DNA of 64,000 bases from Actinomycetes bacterium (GTDB lineage: Bacteria > Actinomycetota > Thermoleophilia > BMS3ABIN01), in assembly GCA_021785935.1 (NCBI GenBank), contig JAJYOG010000008.1, positions 999 through 64,998 on the forward strand. Reading direction: 5' to 3'. The translations under genes were made by a program, and so were the position numbers. The notes under the pieces are model-generated. The model saw nothing but the letters and a program-made list of their open reading frames with translations. It was not told where the DNA came from and ran no database searches. Shown here piece after piece: positions 20,193 to 28,067 of this stretch. Numbering within the stretch: the stretch's first letter is position 1; each line of letters opens with the position of its first letter.

Positions 20193-21175
20193 TGACGATC
20201 GGCAATAATCAGAAAGACAGGATCCTGATCGTGGACGACAGCCCGCAGAACATCCAGCTGCTCGAGGCCTATCTTACCGCGGCGGGCTACGATGTTATAT
20301 CCGCGCAAAGCGGCGATGACGCGCTGCTGCAGCTGGATAGCGGCGACCATCCCGATCTGGTCATCCTTGATGTCATGATGCCGGGCCTCAACGGTTACCA
20401 GGTATGCGAAAAGATCAAGGAAAGCCATGATACGCAGAGGATTCCTGTCCTGATGCTGACGGCCCTGACAGAGATCGACGACAAGGTGAAAGGGTTCGAG
20501 GCGGGAGCCGACGAGTTCCTCTCTAAACCCGTGGACAAGCTGGAGTTGCTTCTGCGGGTGAAGTCTCTGCTTCGCACCAAACATTTAAATGAGGATCTGG
20601 AAAGCGCCAGGGATGTCATCTATACGCTGGCCCTGGCGATCGAGGCCAACGACCCCTATACGCGCGGCCATTCCGAGCGGGTGGCCCAATACGGCGCCCT
20701 AATCGCCGAGCACCTGGGTCTGAACGAAGAACAGATAGATGTAGTCCGTAATGCCGGCATCCTCCACGACATCGGCAAGATCGGCATCAGCGAAACAATT
20801 TTGCAAAAACCGGGTCCGCTCACCGACCAGGAGCTGATCGCCGTCCAGGACCATCCGGCTATCGGAGAAAAGATTTGCAAGCCGTTGCGTTCGGCCAACC
20901 TGCTCCTAACGGTGATCCGCCATCATCAGGAACGCTACGACGGTGACGGATACCCCGACCGGCTGGCCGGCGACGAGATTCCCATTGAAGCTCGAGTGAT
21001 TGCTGTTGCCGATGCCTACGACGCCATGACTTCACCACGCCCCTACCGCCCGCCTATGTCCCAGCGTCAGGTTTTGGGAACCATGCGGCGAGAAGCCGGA
21101 AGTCAGTGGGATCCCGAAGTAATCAGGGTGTTTCTCCAGTTGATCGAGGAAGAACGAGAAATGCCCCGGCGCTAG
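20192..21175 (+). CDS. Response regulator with HD-GYP domain (c-di-GMP phosphodiesterase, RpfG-like)
   Basis: Receiver domain (ILIVDDSP...LDVMMPGLNG) plus HSERV...LHDIGKIG...HHERYDGDGYP. Confidence 0.88.
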   Translation: MTIGNNQKDRILIVDDSPQNIQLLEAYLTAAGYDVISAQSGDDALLQLDSGDHPDLVILDVMMPGLNGYQVCEKIKESHDTQRIPVLMLTALTEIDDKVKGFEAGADEFLSKPVDKLELLLRVKSLLRTKHLNEDLESARDVIYTLALAIEANDPYTRGHSERVAQYGALIAEHLGLNEEQIDVVRNAGILHDIGKIGISETILQKPGPLTDQELIAVQDHPAIGEKICKPLRSANLLLTVIRHHQERYDGDGYPDRLAGDEIPIEARVIAVADAYDAMTSPRPYRPPMSQRQVLGTMRREAGSQWDPEVIRVFLQLIEEEREMPRR

Positions 21176-21181
21176 CAGCGA

Positions 21182-21622
21182 TCAGGCTGGGACGATCGTA
21201 ACCGGGCAAGGAACTTCGGCGCCTACCTGCCTGACCACTCTTGAAGCCGTACTTCCCACGAACGCCCGGGCGATGCCGCGACGGCCCGCGGAACCCATCA
21301 TGATCGCGCTGATGTCATCCTTGTTCTCTTTAACGTAAGCGATGATCTCAAAAGAGGCGTCGCCGTACCTGATAACTTTTTCTACCTTGATGCCCTTTTT
21401 CGCGGCGCGCTCCTCAACGTCGGCAAGAATCTCGGCGGCATCGCGATTAAGCTCCGATTCCACCTGATCGCGCATGAACTCCCACTGGCCGGTATAGTTT
21501 TCAACATCGATAACCCTGAGAGCCACGATCTCATCTCCCGTCATCGCCGCCATCACGACGGCGGCATTCGCAGCCTGCCTGGCAGAATCACTGCCATCCA
21601 CCGGTACCAGGATCTTGCTCAT
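21182..21622 (-). CDS. Universal stress protein (single UspA domain)
   Basis: Contains KILVPVDGSDSA...IMMGSAGRRGIARAFVGSTASRVVRQVGAEVPCPVTIV. Confidence 0.88.
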   Translation of the reverse strand: MSKILVPVDGSDSARQAANAAVVMAAMTGDEIVALRVIDVENYTGQWEFMRDQVESELNRDAAEILADVEERAAKKGIKVEKVIRYGDASFEIIAYVKENKDDISAIMMGSAGRRGIARAFVGSTASRVVRQVGAEVPCPVTIVPA

Positions 21623-21688
21623 TTTCGCTCCTTTATTAGCCCCGTCCTTTACAGTCCATGACCTAAGCTTTCCTCTTTTTCAGCAGGT

Positions 21689-23059
21689 TTAATCGTCATC
21701 GGATTCTTCCAGGCCGAACTTTTTCAGTTTGCGCCACAGCGAAACCCGGTCGATGCCGAGAATATTCGCGGCCAGGGTCTTGTTCCCCCCGGTCTCCTGC
21801 AGCACCCACTGAATATATGAAATCTCCTGTTCGCCCAATGTCGGATACCTGCCTTCCCTCCTGCGGAAGGTCTTGATATCGAGATCCTTGAGATCATCCG
21901 GCAGATGAGCCATTTCAACCGTATGGCCGTTTGCCAGGGCGACTCCCCGCTCGACGATATTCTCAAGCTCCCTGACGTTGCCGGGAAAATCGTAATTCAT
22001 CAACAAGCCGATCACGGATGGGGAGATCTCCCGCACCTCCTTCTTCATCAGCACGGAGTATTTATTGAGAAAATACTGGCATAGCAGCGGGATATCGTCA
22101 CGCCTTTCCGAAAGCGGCGGTATATGAATTGATACCACGTTTAGTCTATAGTACAGATCCTGGCGGAATCTTTTTTCCCGGGTGGCTTCGTGGATGTTGC
22201 GGTTGGACGCCGCCAGAATCCTGACGTCGACCTCAACAGGTTCGGTGCCGCCGACCCTCATCAGTTCCTTTTCCTGGAGCACCCTCAGCAGCTTGACCTG
22301 CATGGCAGGTGGCATCTCCGTGATCTCATCCAGAAACAGGGTCCCGCCCGCGGCCGCCTCGATCATCCCTTTTTTCTGGGAAATGGCACCGGTAAAGGCT
22401 CCCTTTTCATGACCGAACAGTTCGTTGGTCAGAAGCTCTTCGGTCAGGGCGCCGCAGTTGATGGCAAAGAAGGGGCCCTTGCTTCTGCCGCTCATGAAAT
22501 GCAGGTAGCGGGCAAACAGCTCCTTGCCGGTGCCCGACTCTCCGGTAATCAAAACGTTGCAGTCGGTGGGAGCGATCTGGCGAGCGGTCTCCAGCAGCTT
22601 CTGCATCATCGAGTTCTGGGTGACGATCTTGACCTTGCCCTCGAACTGCTCCAGTTGCTCCCGCAGCTGCGTGTTCTCTTTCTTGAGCGCCACCTTCTCG
22701 AGCGCCGACTTGACCGCCTTCCTGACATCTTCGAGATTGAACGGCTTGGCGATGTAGTCATAAGCGCCCTTTTTCATGGTCTCCACGGCGGAGGGGATGG
22801 AAGCATAAGCAGTGATCATGATGACCTCGGAGTCAGGATAGAGCGTCCGGCTCTTTTCCAGCACCTCGACTCCGTCCACCTTTTCCATCTTTAAATCCGT
22901 GAGGACGATGTCGTACTCCTGCTTCTCCAGAAGCTGCAGGGCGTTCGGGCCGCTAAGCGTGCCCGTAACCTTGTATCCCTCTTTCTTCATGACGTGCTCG
23001 AGGTTCTTGAGCGCCGTTTTTTCATCCTCGACTATTAATAAACGTGCCGCGTTTTCCAT
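21689..23059 (-). CDS. Sigma54-dependent response regulator (NtrC/AtoC family), cassette 1
   Basis: Receiver domain, AAA+ domain (GESGTGKELFA, the GAFTGA motif, and ENIVERG in the AAA+ domain) and a C-terminal Fis-type HTH. Confidence 0.92.
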   Translation of the reverse strand: MENAARLLIVEDEKTALKNLEHVMKKEGYKVTGTLSGPNALQLLEKQEYDIVLTDLKMEKVDGVEVLEKSRTLYPDSEVIMITAYASIPSAVETMKKGAYDYIAKPFNLEDVRKAVKSALEKVALKKENTQLREQLEQFEGKVKIVTQNSMMQKLLETARQIAPTDCNVLITGESGTGKELFARYLHFMSGRSKGPFFAINCGALTEELLTNELFGHEKGAFTGAISQKKGMIEAAAGGTLFLDEITEMPPAMQVKLLRVLQEKELMRVGGTEPVEVDVRILAASNRNIHEATREKRFRQDLYYRLNVVSIHIPPLSERRDDIPLLCQYFLNKYSVLMKKEVREISPSVIGLLMNYDFPGNVRELENIVERGVALANGHTVEMAHLPDDLKDLDIKTFRRREGRYPTLGEQEISYIQWVLQETGGNKTLAANILGIDRVSLWRKLKKFGLEESDDD

Positions 23060-23084
23060 GCTGCGCTACTCCTTCTCGGAAATA

Positions 23085-24473
23085 TTACTCCCTGGTGGGG
23101 AGCACGATGTTAAAGGTTGTCCCTTTTCCCGGATAACTGTCGACGCTGATGGTGCCGCCGTAATCCGTAATGATGTTATGCACAATGAAAAGCCCCAGGC
23201 CGTAGCCTTCCTGCTTGCTGGTGTAGAAGGGATCGAAAATCTTCTCCAGCTTTTCCTGCTCCATGCCGGCGCCATTGTCGAGCACCACGATCTCCGCGTT
23301 CCGGTCATCAAGGTTGGCGGCAAACACCCGGATCTTGCCATCGCCCTCGATGGCGTCGATCGCGTTCTTGACCAGGTTAATCAGGACCTGCTGGATTTTC
23401 TGCCGGTCGGCGTAAACGGTAAGATCTTCGGGGACGTCGACCTGCAGCGTGATGTTCGCCGGCACCTCAGCCTTGATCAGGCGGACGGTTTCATCCACGG
23501 CGCTTTTGAGTCCAAAACTTTGTTTTTCCTTGGACCGGGAATAATTCAGCAGCGAGCCGACGACATCCCTGGCCCGGTTGGTCTCGGTCTCGATCTGGTC
23601 GAGCAGTTCCTTTTCGTACTCGAGGTCCCCGTCCTCGATCTCCTCCTTAAGGATCTGGCATGAGGTGGAGATGTTGGCGAGCGGATTGTTAAGCTCGTGA
23701 GCCACACCGAAGACAAGTGTGCCTAGCGCGGCGAACTTCTCCGATTGCACCAGGTAGTCCTGGCGTGCGCGCAGCTCCAGCAACATCTTGTTGAATGCCG
23801 CTTTGAGCGAGACGAACTCCCGGTCCCTGAACTTTACGGGAATCAGGGAGAACTCCCCGGCCGTAATCCTGATCATGTGCTTTTCGAGCACGGACAGTGG
23901 TCTGACCGCCTTGCGCGAAAAGATAAAACCACCGGCGGAAACCGCCACCAGCAAGAGTCCGATGCCGATTAGCAGGTTGCGCTTGGCCGACCGCAGCGAA
24001 TCAGCCATGATCTCATTCCTGCTGGTATTGATCTGCTCGCCGGTCGTGACAATTTGCTTGCCCTTGTCACGGATCATCGCCTCCAGGTTGGGATCGCCTG
24101 CCCGGTTGGGCGTAGCGATGTCCTGCTGGAGCAGATCGCCGTAGATCCTGAGATTGTCCTTGAGGCCGTTTATTAACTCGGGAGTAGTGAAAAGGTAAAG
24201 TTCCTGCCGGTCGAGCAGCTCGTCAGCCCGGTCAATGTATCCCTGCAACCCAGTGTAGTCCGCAGTGGTCCGGTAGAGAAAATAGTTCTTTTCAAAACGC
24301 CTGATCTCCAGCGTTGTGTCAAAGAGGCTCGATACCGTCTCGCCGGATGAGACTATTTCCTGCTGGGTATTGAGATTGCTCCAGCTCAAGAGGGCGAAAG
24401 CAAAGACCAGGGTCGCCCCCGCGATGTAACCGATCAGGATTTTTTGTTTGAGGCTGCTCGGATATAGCTTCAT
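23085..24473 (-). CDS. Sensor histidine kinase, cassette 1 (partner of the sigma54 regulator)
   Basis: Two TM segments flank a periplasmic helical sensor (LEIRRFEKNYFLY), then HAMP, the H-box GVAHELNNPL, and HATPase (GYGLGLFIV). Confidence 0.88.
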   Translation of the reverse strand: MKLYPSSLKQKILIGYIAGATLVFAFALLSWSNLNTQQEIVSSGETVSSLFDTTLEIRRFEKNYFLYRTTADYTGLQGYIDRADELLDRQELYLFTTPELINGLKDNLRIYGDLLQQDIATPNRAGDPNLEAMIRDKGKQIVTTGEQINTSRNEIMADSLRSAKRNLLIGIGLLLVAVSAGGFIFSRKAVRPLSVLEKHMIRITAGEFSLIPVKFRDREFVSLKAAFNKMLLELRARQDYLVQSEKFAALGTLVFGVAHELNNPLANISTSCQILKEEIEDGDLEYEKELLDQIETETNRARDVVGSLLNYSRSKEKQSFGLKSAVDETVRLIKAEVPANITLQVDVPEDLTVYADRQKIQQVLINLVKNAIDAIEGDGKIRVFAANLDDRNAEIVVLDNGAGMEQEKLEKIFDPFYTSKQEGYGLGLFIVHNIITDYGGTISVDSYPGKGTTFNIVLPTRE

Positions 24474-24520
24474 GGTATTAGATATAGCTTCATGGTATTA
24501 GATATAGCTTCATGGTATTA
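24461..24520. repeat. Exact 20-bp x3 tandem repeat spanning the kinase start codon
   Basis: GATATAGCTTCATGGTATTA appears three times with no mismatch. Each copy carries the ATG (minus strand). Confidence 0.95.
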
Positions 24521-24535
24521 ATATATATCCATGTA

Positions 24536-24632
24536 TTGCATTATGCATCTCTACCCATTTTATATGCAACATGATGAGATGGTCTATAGCCGGGCATTAG
24601 GGAAAATCGTTGCATGATGCAACGATTTTCCC
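24536..24632. promoter_or_regulatory. Candidate enhancer (UAS) for the sigma54 activator: two TTGCAT-N-ATGCA palindromes
   Basis: TTGCATTATGCAT at 24536-24548. A perfect 33-bp palindrome, GGGAAAATCGTTGCAT-G-ATGCAACGATTTTCCC, lies at 24600-24632. The centres are 74 bp apart, and the second is ~130 bp upstream of the -24 element. Confidence 0.5.
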
Positions 24633-24744
24633 AAATTTGTTTCTCCGAAAAATCCAGCGCATAATTTTACGGCCATTTAATTTATCCGTCTTAGCAGGCT
24701 TTTTATCTCTTTTATCCTTCATCCTTCACTGAGTCTTGCCACTT

Positions 24745-24760
24745 TGGCACGGTTATTGCT
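24745..24760 (+). promoter_or_regulatory. Sigma54 (-24/-12) promoter, cassette 1
   Basis: TGGCAC-GGTTA-TTGCT, an exact consensus with correct spacing. It lies 44 nt upstream of the ATG at 24804 and is divergent from the HK/RR operon. Confidence 0.85.
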
Positions 24761-24803
24761 TCTTTGTAATAGCAAAGAGACCACTCCAAGGAGGTTAGAA
24801 AAA

Positions 24804-24986
24804 ATGAAGTTATTTAAGAAACTCGACAATCTTTTCGCCGCTGCCGCGTTTGCGGAGGAGGGAGAGTTTGAGACCGCCAGGGAGATTGCGGCGGAGAAAA
24901 CCAGAACCGGTTCCGAGCAGGAAGTTGAGGATTCAAGGTGCACCGTCACGCCGATCGGCCAAAGCCAGCTCGTTCCGAAGGCCTGA
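24804..24986 (+). CDS. Small protein (60 aa) carrying the LFxAAxFAExGEFETARE motif
   Basis: AAGGAGG RBS 7 nt upstream. Reads MKLFKKLDNLFAAAAFAEEGEFETAREIAA... It is the first gene after the sigma54 promoter. Confidence 0.6.
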   Translation: MKLFKKLDNLFAAAAFAEEGEFETAREIAAEKTRTGSEQEVEDSRCTVTPIGQSQLVPKA

Positions 24987-24994
24987 TCCCGATC

Positions 24995-25468
24995 TTGGCC
25001 GACCTCGGTAAAAAGCTGGAGAAGCTGTTTTCAGCCGCCTCGTTCGCGGAGGCGGGTGAATTCGAAACCGCGCGGGAGCTCGCTGCCGGCGATCGCAAAG
25101 TACTGCTGGTTCTCTCGGGAAGAGAGACAGACGTCAAGGCGCTGAAGTATGCGCTTAGCATCTCCAAGCGAACCGACGCCGCACTGGAAGTACTGACTAC
25201 CGCCGACGGACCCGCCACCGAAAAGATGCTGAATCTGTGCAAGCAACAGGCCCGCGAGGATTCGGTGGCCTGCAGCCTGGTGAAGAAAAACGGCTGCATC
25301 AAGAAGGCGCTGGTAGCCCATACCAAGAACCGGCGCGACTTTCTCTGCGTTGTCATCGAGTCAACAGACGCGCTCGACATCGACTGCTCCCGCGAGGAAC
25401 GCAAACTTGCGGGCATATGGGACAGGCTCGGCTGCCCGCTGGCGCTTGTCTCGGAAAAAGCGGATTAA
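24995..25468 (+). CDS. USP-like alpha/beta protein with N-terminal LFxAAxFAEAGEFETARE motif (probable TTG start)
   Basis: From TTG 24995: MADLGKKLEKLFSAASFAEAGEFETARELAAGDRKVLLVLSGRETDVKALKYALSI...CVVIES. The track ATG at 24938 would overlap the preceding gene. Confidence 0.6.
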   Translation: MADLGKKLEKLFSAASFAEAGEFETARELAAGDRKVLLVLSGRETDVKALKYALSISKRTDAALEVLTTADGPATEKMLNLCKQQAREDSVACSLVKKNGCIKKALVAHTKNRRDFLCVVIESTDALDIDCSREERKLAGIWDRLGCPLALVSEKAD

Positions 25469-25489
25469 ACAATAAAGGAGGAGAACCCT

Positions 25490-25732
25490 TTGAGTGAAAG
25501 CCCGAAGAAAAAACCGTACTTCAAAGCGTTGCTGCTGGGCGCCTTATCGGCTGCATCGTATGCGCTTCTGTTCACACACGTCAATCAGGTCATGGAGTAT
25601 TTCGTCAAAGGCGGCTGGTACGCCGCCCTGCCGATCCTGACTGCGCTGTATTTCTCTTTCGTCCATGGTTCCTTTGCCAGCACCCTGTTATCGATCGCAG
25701 GATTGCAGGCGGCCAAAGGCTCAGGACACTGA
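25490..25732 (+). CDS. Small 2-TM membrane protein
   Basis: AAGGAGGAG RBS, TTG start, two hydrophobic helices. Confidence 0.55.
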   Translation: MSESPKKKPYFKALLLGALSAASYALLFTHVNQVMEYFVKGGWYAALPILTALYFSFVHGSFASTLLSIAGLQAAKGSGH

Positions 25733-25770
25733 CAAGCAATGCTGATCCCAATTCAACTCTAACAAAGGAG

Positions 25771-27111
25771 ATGGCATCACAGATGAAAAAATGGCTCGTG
25801 ATCCTACTGGCGGCGCTTTTTATATTAACGGTCTTTGCTCCAGCGGCCCTGGCCGAAAGTGCGCCGCCTGATAATTTCAAGATTGGTTCATTTACACAGG
25901 TTAACGCTCCCAGCCACACAGCAACCTTTGTTCCTTCAGATACTGGCGTGGCTACTGAAGTAACGCTCGACGAATCACTGAAGCCGGAAGATATCAAACT
26001 GGACGACAAGGTCATGGTTTCTTTCAGCAACAATAACGGTACCGAAGTTGTCTCGGAGATCACTGCCATGTTCCTTGGCCTTACCAGGGACAAGTTAATT
26101 GCCCTGCTCGTGGTCGGCCTCGTGGGTGGCTTGCTTAGCGGCTTCATCGGCTCGGGCGGCGCTTTCGTGCTCACCCCGGCAATGATGTCCCTGGGGGCTC
26201 CGGGAGCCGTGGCGGTAGCCAGCAATATGTGCCATAAATTCCCGAAGGCAATGGTCGGAGCCTATAAAAGGTTCCGTTACGGGCAGGTCGATATCAAGCT
26301 GGGCCTGGTCATCGCGGGCTCATCCATAGTCGGCGTCCAGGTCGGTTTTCAGATTCAGAAGTGGATCCTGGACACCTGGGGCAGTGCCGGTTCGGACCTC
26401 TACGTCAGCTTTGTCTTCGTGATCATCCTGGTAGTTGTCGGTGGCATCGTCTTCAAGGACGCCATGGGTTCGAAAGACGCCGCCGAAGCCAAGACGCCAA
26501 AACTGGCTCTGAGGCTGCAAAAGATCAAGCTTCCGCCCATGATTCACTTCAAGAAAGCCGACGTCGTCATCTCGGCCTGGGTTACTCTTCCGGTCGGCTT
26601 CGCCACCGGTCTGCTGGCGGCTACTATCGCGGTCGGCGGCTTCGTTGGCGTTCCCGGCATGGTCTACGTGGTAGGCGCCACCGCCATGGTTGCCAGCGCC
26701 ACTGAGCTTCTCGTTGCCTTTGTCATGGGCATGTGGGGCTCAGCTCAATGGGCTCTGGCGGGCCTGGTCGACATCAGGCTGGTCCTCATCATCCTGGCCG
26801 CCTCCCTGTTCGGCGTCCAGTTGGGCGCTTTGGGAACTACTTATGTCAAGGACCACACGATCAAACTGGTCATGGGAACCGTGATGTTAATCGTAGCTGT
26901 AAGCCGAGGCGTGAAAGTGCCCGTGTACATGGATCATCTGGGAATAATATCCATTGATAAGAGTCTCGCCGGCGTGCTTGACACCATCAGTTTCTGGGCG
27001 CTCATCGCGGCCCTGCTGGTCGCCGGTGGCATCATAACCGCGGCCATGATCAAGGGTATCGTCAGGGCGAGGGTCGATGAAAGAGAAGTTACCGCGGCCG
27101 GGAACGCGTAA
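25771..27111 (+). CDS. TauE/SafE (DUF81) family anion permease with N-terminal signal peptide and ~70-aa periplasmic domain
   Basis: Signal peptide KKWLVILLAALFILTVFAPAALA. Repeated G-rich TM motifs (GLLSGFIGSGGAFVLTP; GLLAATIAVGGFVGVP) are typical of DUF81. Confidence 0.8.
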   Translation: MASQMKKWLVILLAALFILTVFAPAALAESAPPDNFKIGSFTQVNAPSHTATFVPSDTGVATEVTLDESLKPEDIKLDDKVMVSFSNNNGTEVVSEITAMFLGLTRDKLIALLVVGLVGGLLSGFIGSGGAFVLTPAMMSLGAPGAVAVASNMCHKFPKAMVGAYKRFRYGQVDIKLGLVIAGSSIVGVQVGFQIQKWILDTWGSAGSDLYVSFVFVIILVVVGGIVFKDAMGSKDAAEAKTPKLALRLQKIKLPPMIHFKKADVVISAWVTLPVGFATGLLAATIAVGGFVGVPGMVYVVGATAMVASATELLVAFVMGMWGSAQWALAGLVDIRLVLIILAASLFGVQLGALGTTYVKDHTIKLVMGTVMLIVAVSRGVKVPVYMDHLGIISIDKSLAGVLDTISFWALIAALLVAGGIITAAMIKGIVRARVDEREVTAAGNA

Positions 27112-27113
27112 AT

Positions 27114-27962
27114 ATGGGTGGCTACAGCAAAATACTAGTGGCGTTTGACGGTTCTGACTCAGCAATAAATGCCCTGAAGCAGACTTTCAGCAAATTCGAG
27201 CAAAGCTGGATCAAAGTCCTAATAGCCGTCCCGGCTTATGAGGGCGACCTCGAGCTTGTCGGGGTGCACGATCTGGAGGCCTTGCTGCGCGGCCCTGTCG
27301 ACGATCTGACGAAAATGACCCAGGAAATCGTCGGTTCAGACTCCAGCCGTGTCAGCATTGAAGCCGTGCAAGGTGAAGCCTTTGAGCGGATCGTCGACAT
27401 GGCTGAAAAAGAGAGTTGCAATCTGATTGTCATGGGGCGCCGGGGACTGCACCGGGTAGAACGAATGCTCATGGGCAGCGTCACGGCCAAGGTAATCGTC
27501 CATACAACCAGGGACATCCTGGTCGTGCCCCGCAACGCCAATATCGACTGGGGTAATATCCTCCTGGCGATAGATGGATCTGAATTCAGCAATGCGGCGC
27601 TGGACAGGGCACTGGAATTTGCCGGCAAAGCAAGTGGCGGCCTCACCGCCATTTCCGTCGTCGACATGTATCCCGAGAACTACGCCGACGCCACCGAGGT
27701 CGTTGAAAAAATGGGTAAGAAAGCGCTGGCGGTTCTGGATGACAGCCGGGCAAAGGCTGAGGCCGCGGGCGTGGAGCTACAGACGCAGGTCCTGCACGGC
27801 GACCCGGCGGAAGAGATCACAGCCTATGCCAAGAAAAACGGCGCCGGGGTTGTCTTCCTGGGCAGCCGTGGTCTTTCCGGGCTGAAGAAGATATTCCTGG
27901 GAAGCGTTGCGGAGAAAGTTATCGGCCTTTCCGATTCACCCGTTTATGTAGTGAAACCATAG
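27114..27962 (+). CDS. Tandem-domain universal stress protein
   Basis: Two UspA domains: KILVAFDGSDSA...VMGRRGLHRVERMLMGSVTAKV, and ILLAIDGSEFS...LGSRGLSGLKKIFLGSVAEKV. Confidence 0.88.
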   Translation: MGGYSKILVAFDGSDSAINALKQTFSKFEQSWIKVLIAVPAYEGDLELVGVHDLEALLRGPVDDLTKMTQEIVGSDSSRVSIEAVQGEAFERIVDMAEKESCNLIVMGRRGLHRVERMLMGSVTAKVIVHTTRDILVVPRNANIDWGNILLAIDGSEFSNAALDRALEFAGKASGGLTAISVVDMYPENYADATEVVEKMGKKALAVLDDSRAKAEAAGVELQTQVLHGDPAEEITAYAKKNGAGVVFLGSRGLSGLKKIFLGSVAEKVIGLSDSPVYVVKP

Positions 27963-27976
27963 GCTGGTATTTTCCG

Positions 27977-28001
27977 GCAGGGGGCCTTTGCAAGGCCCCC
28001 T
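27977..28001 (+). terminator. Stem-loop terminator candidate (no strong T-tract)
   Basis: CAGGGGGCC-tttgcaa-GGCCCCCTG, 15 nt after the USP stop. Confidence 0.5.
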
Positions 28002-28067
28002 GCTTCCTCCGGCGGTTGATCGGCTAAAGAGCCCCGCGCCCTCCCCCGCCTGATATAATCGAAAAGT

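Noticed and set aside
24461-24520. The tandem repeats (also 34661-34728 and 44729-44830) as CRISPR arrays.
   Set aside because: The units are directly adjacent with no unique spacers, there are only three copies each, and no cas genes are present. They are simple tandem duplications.
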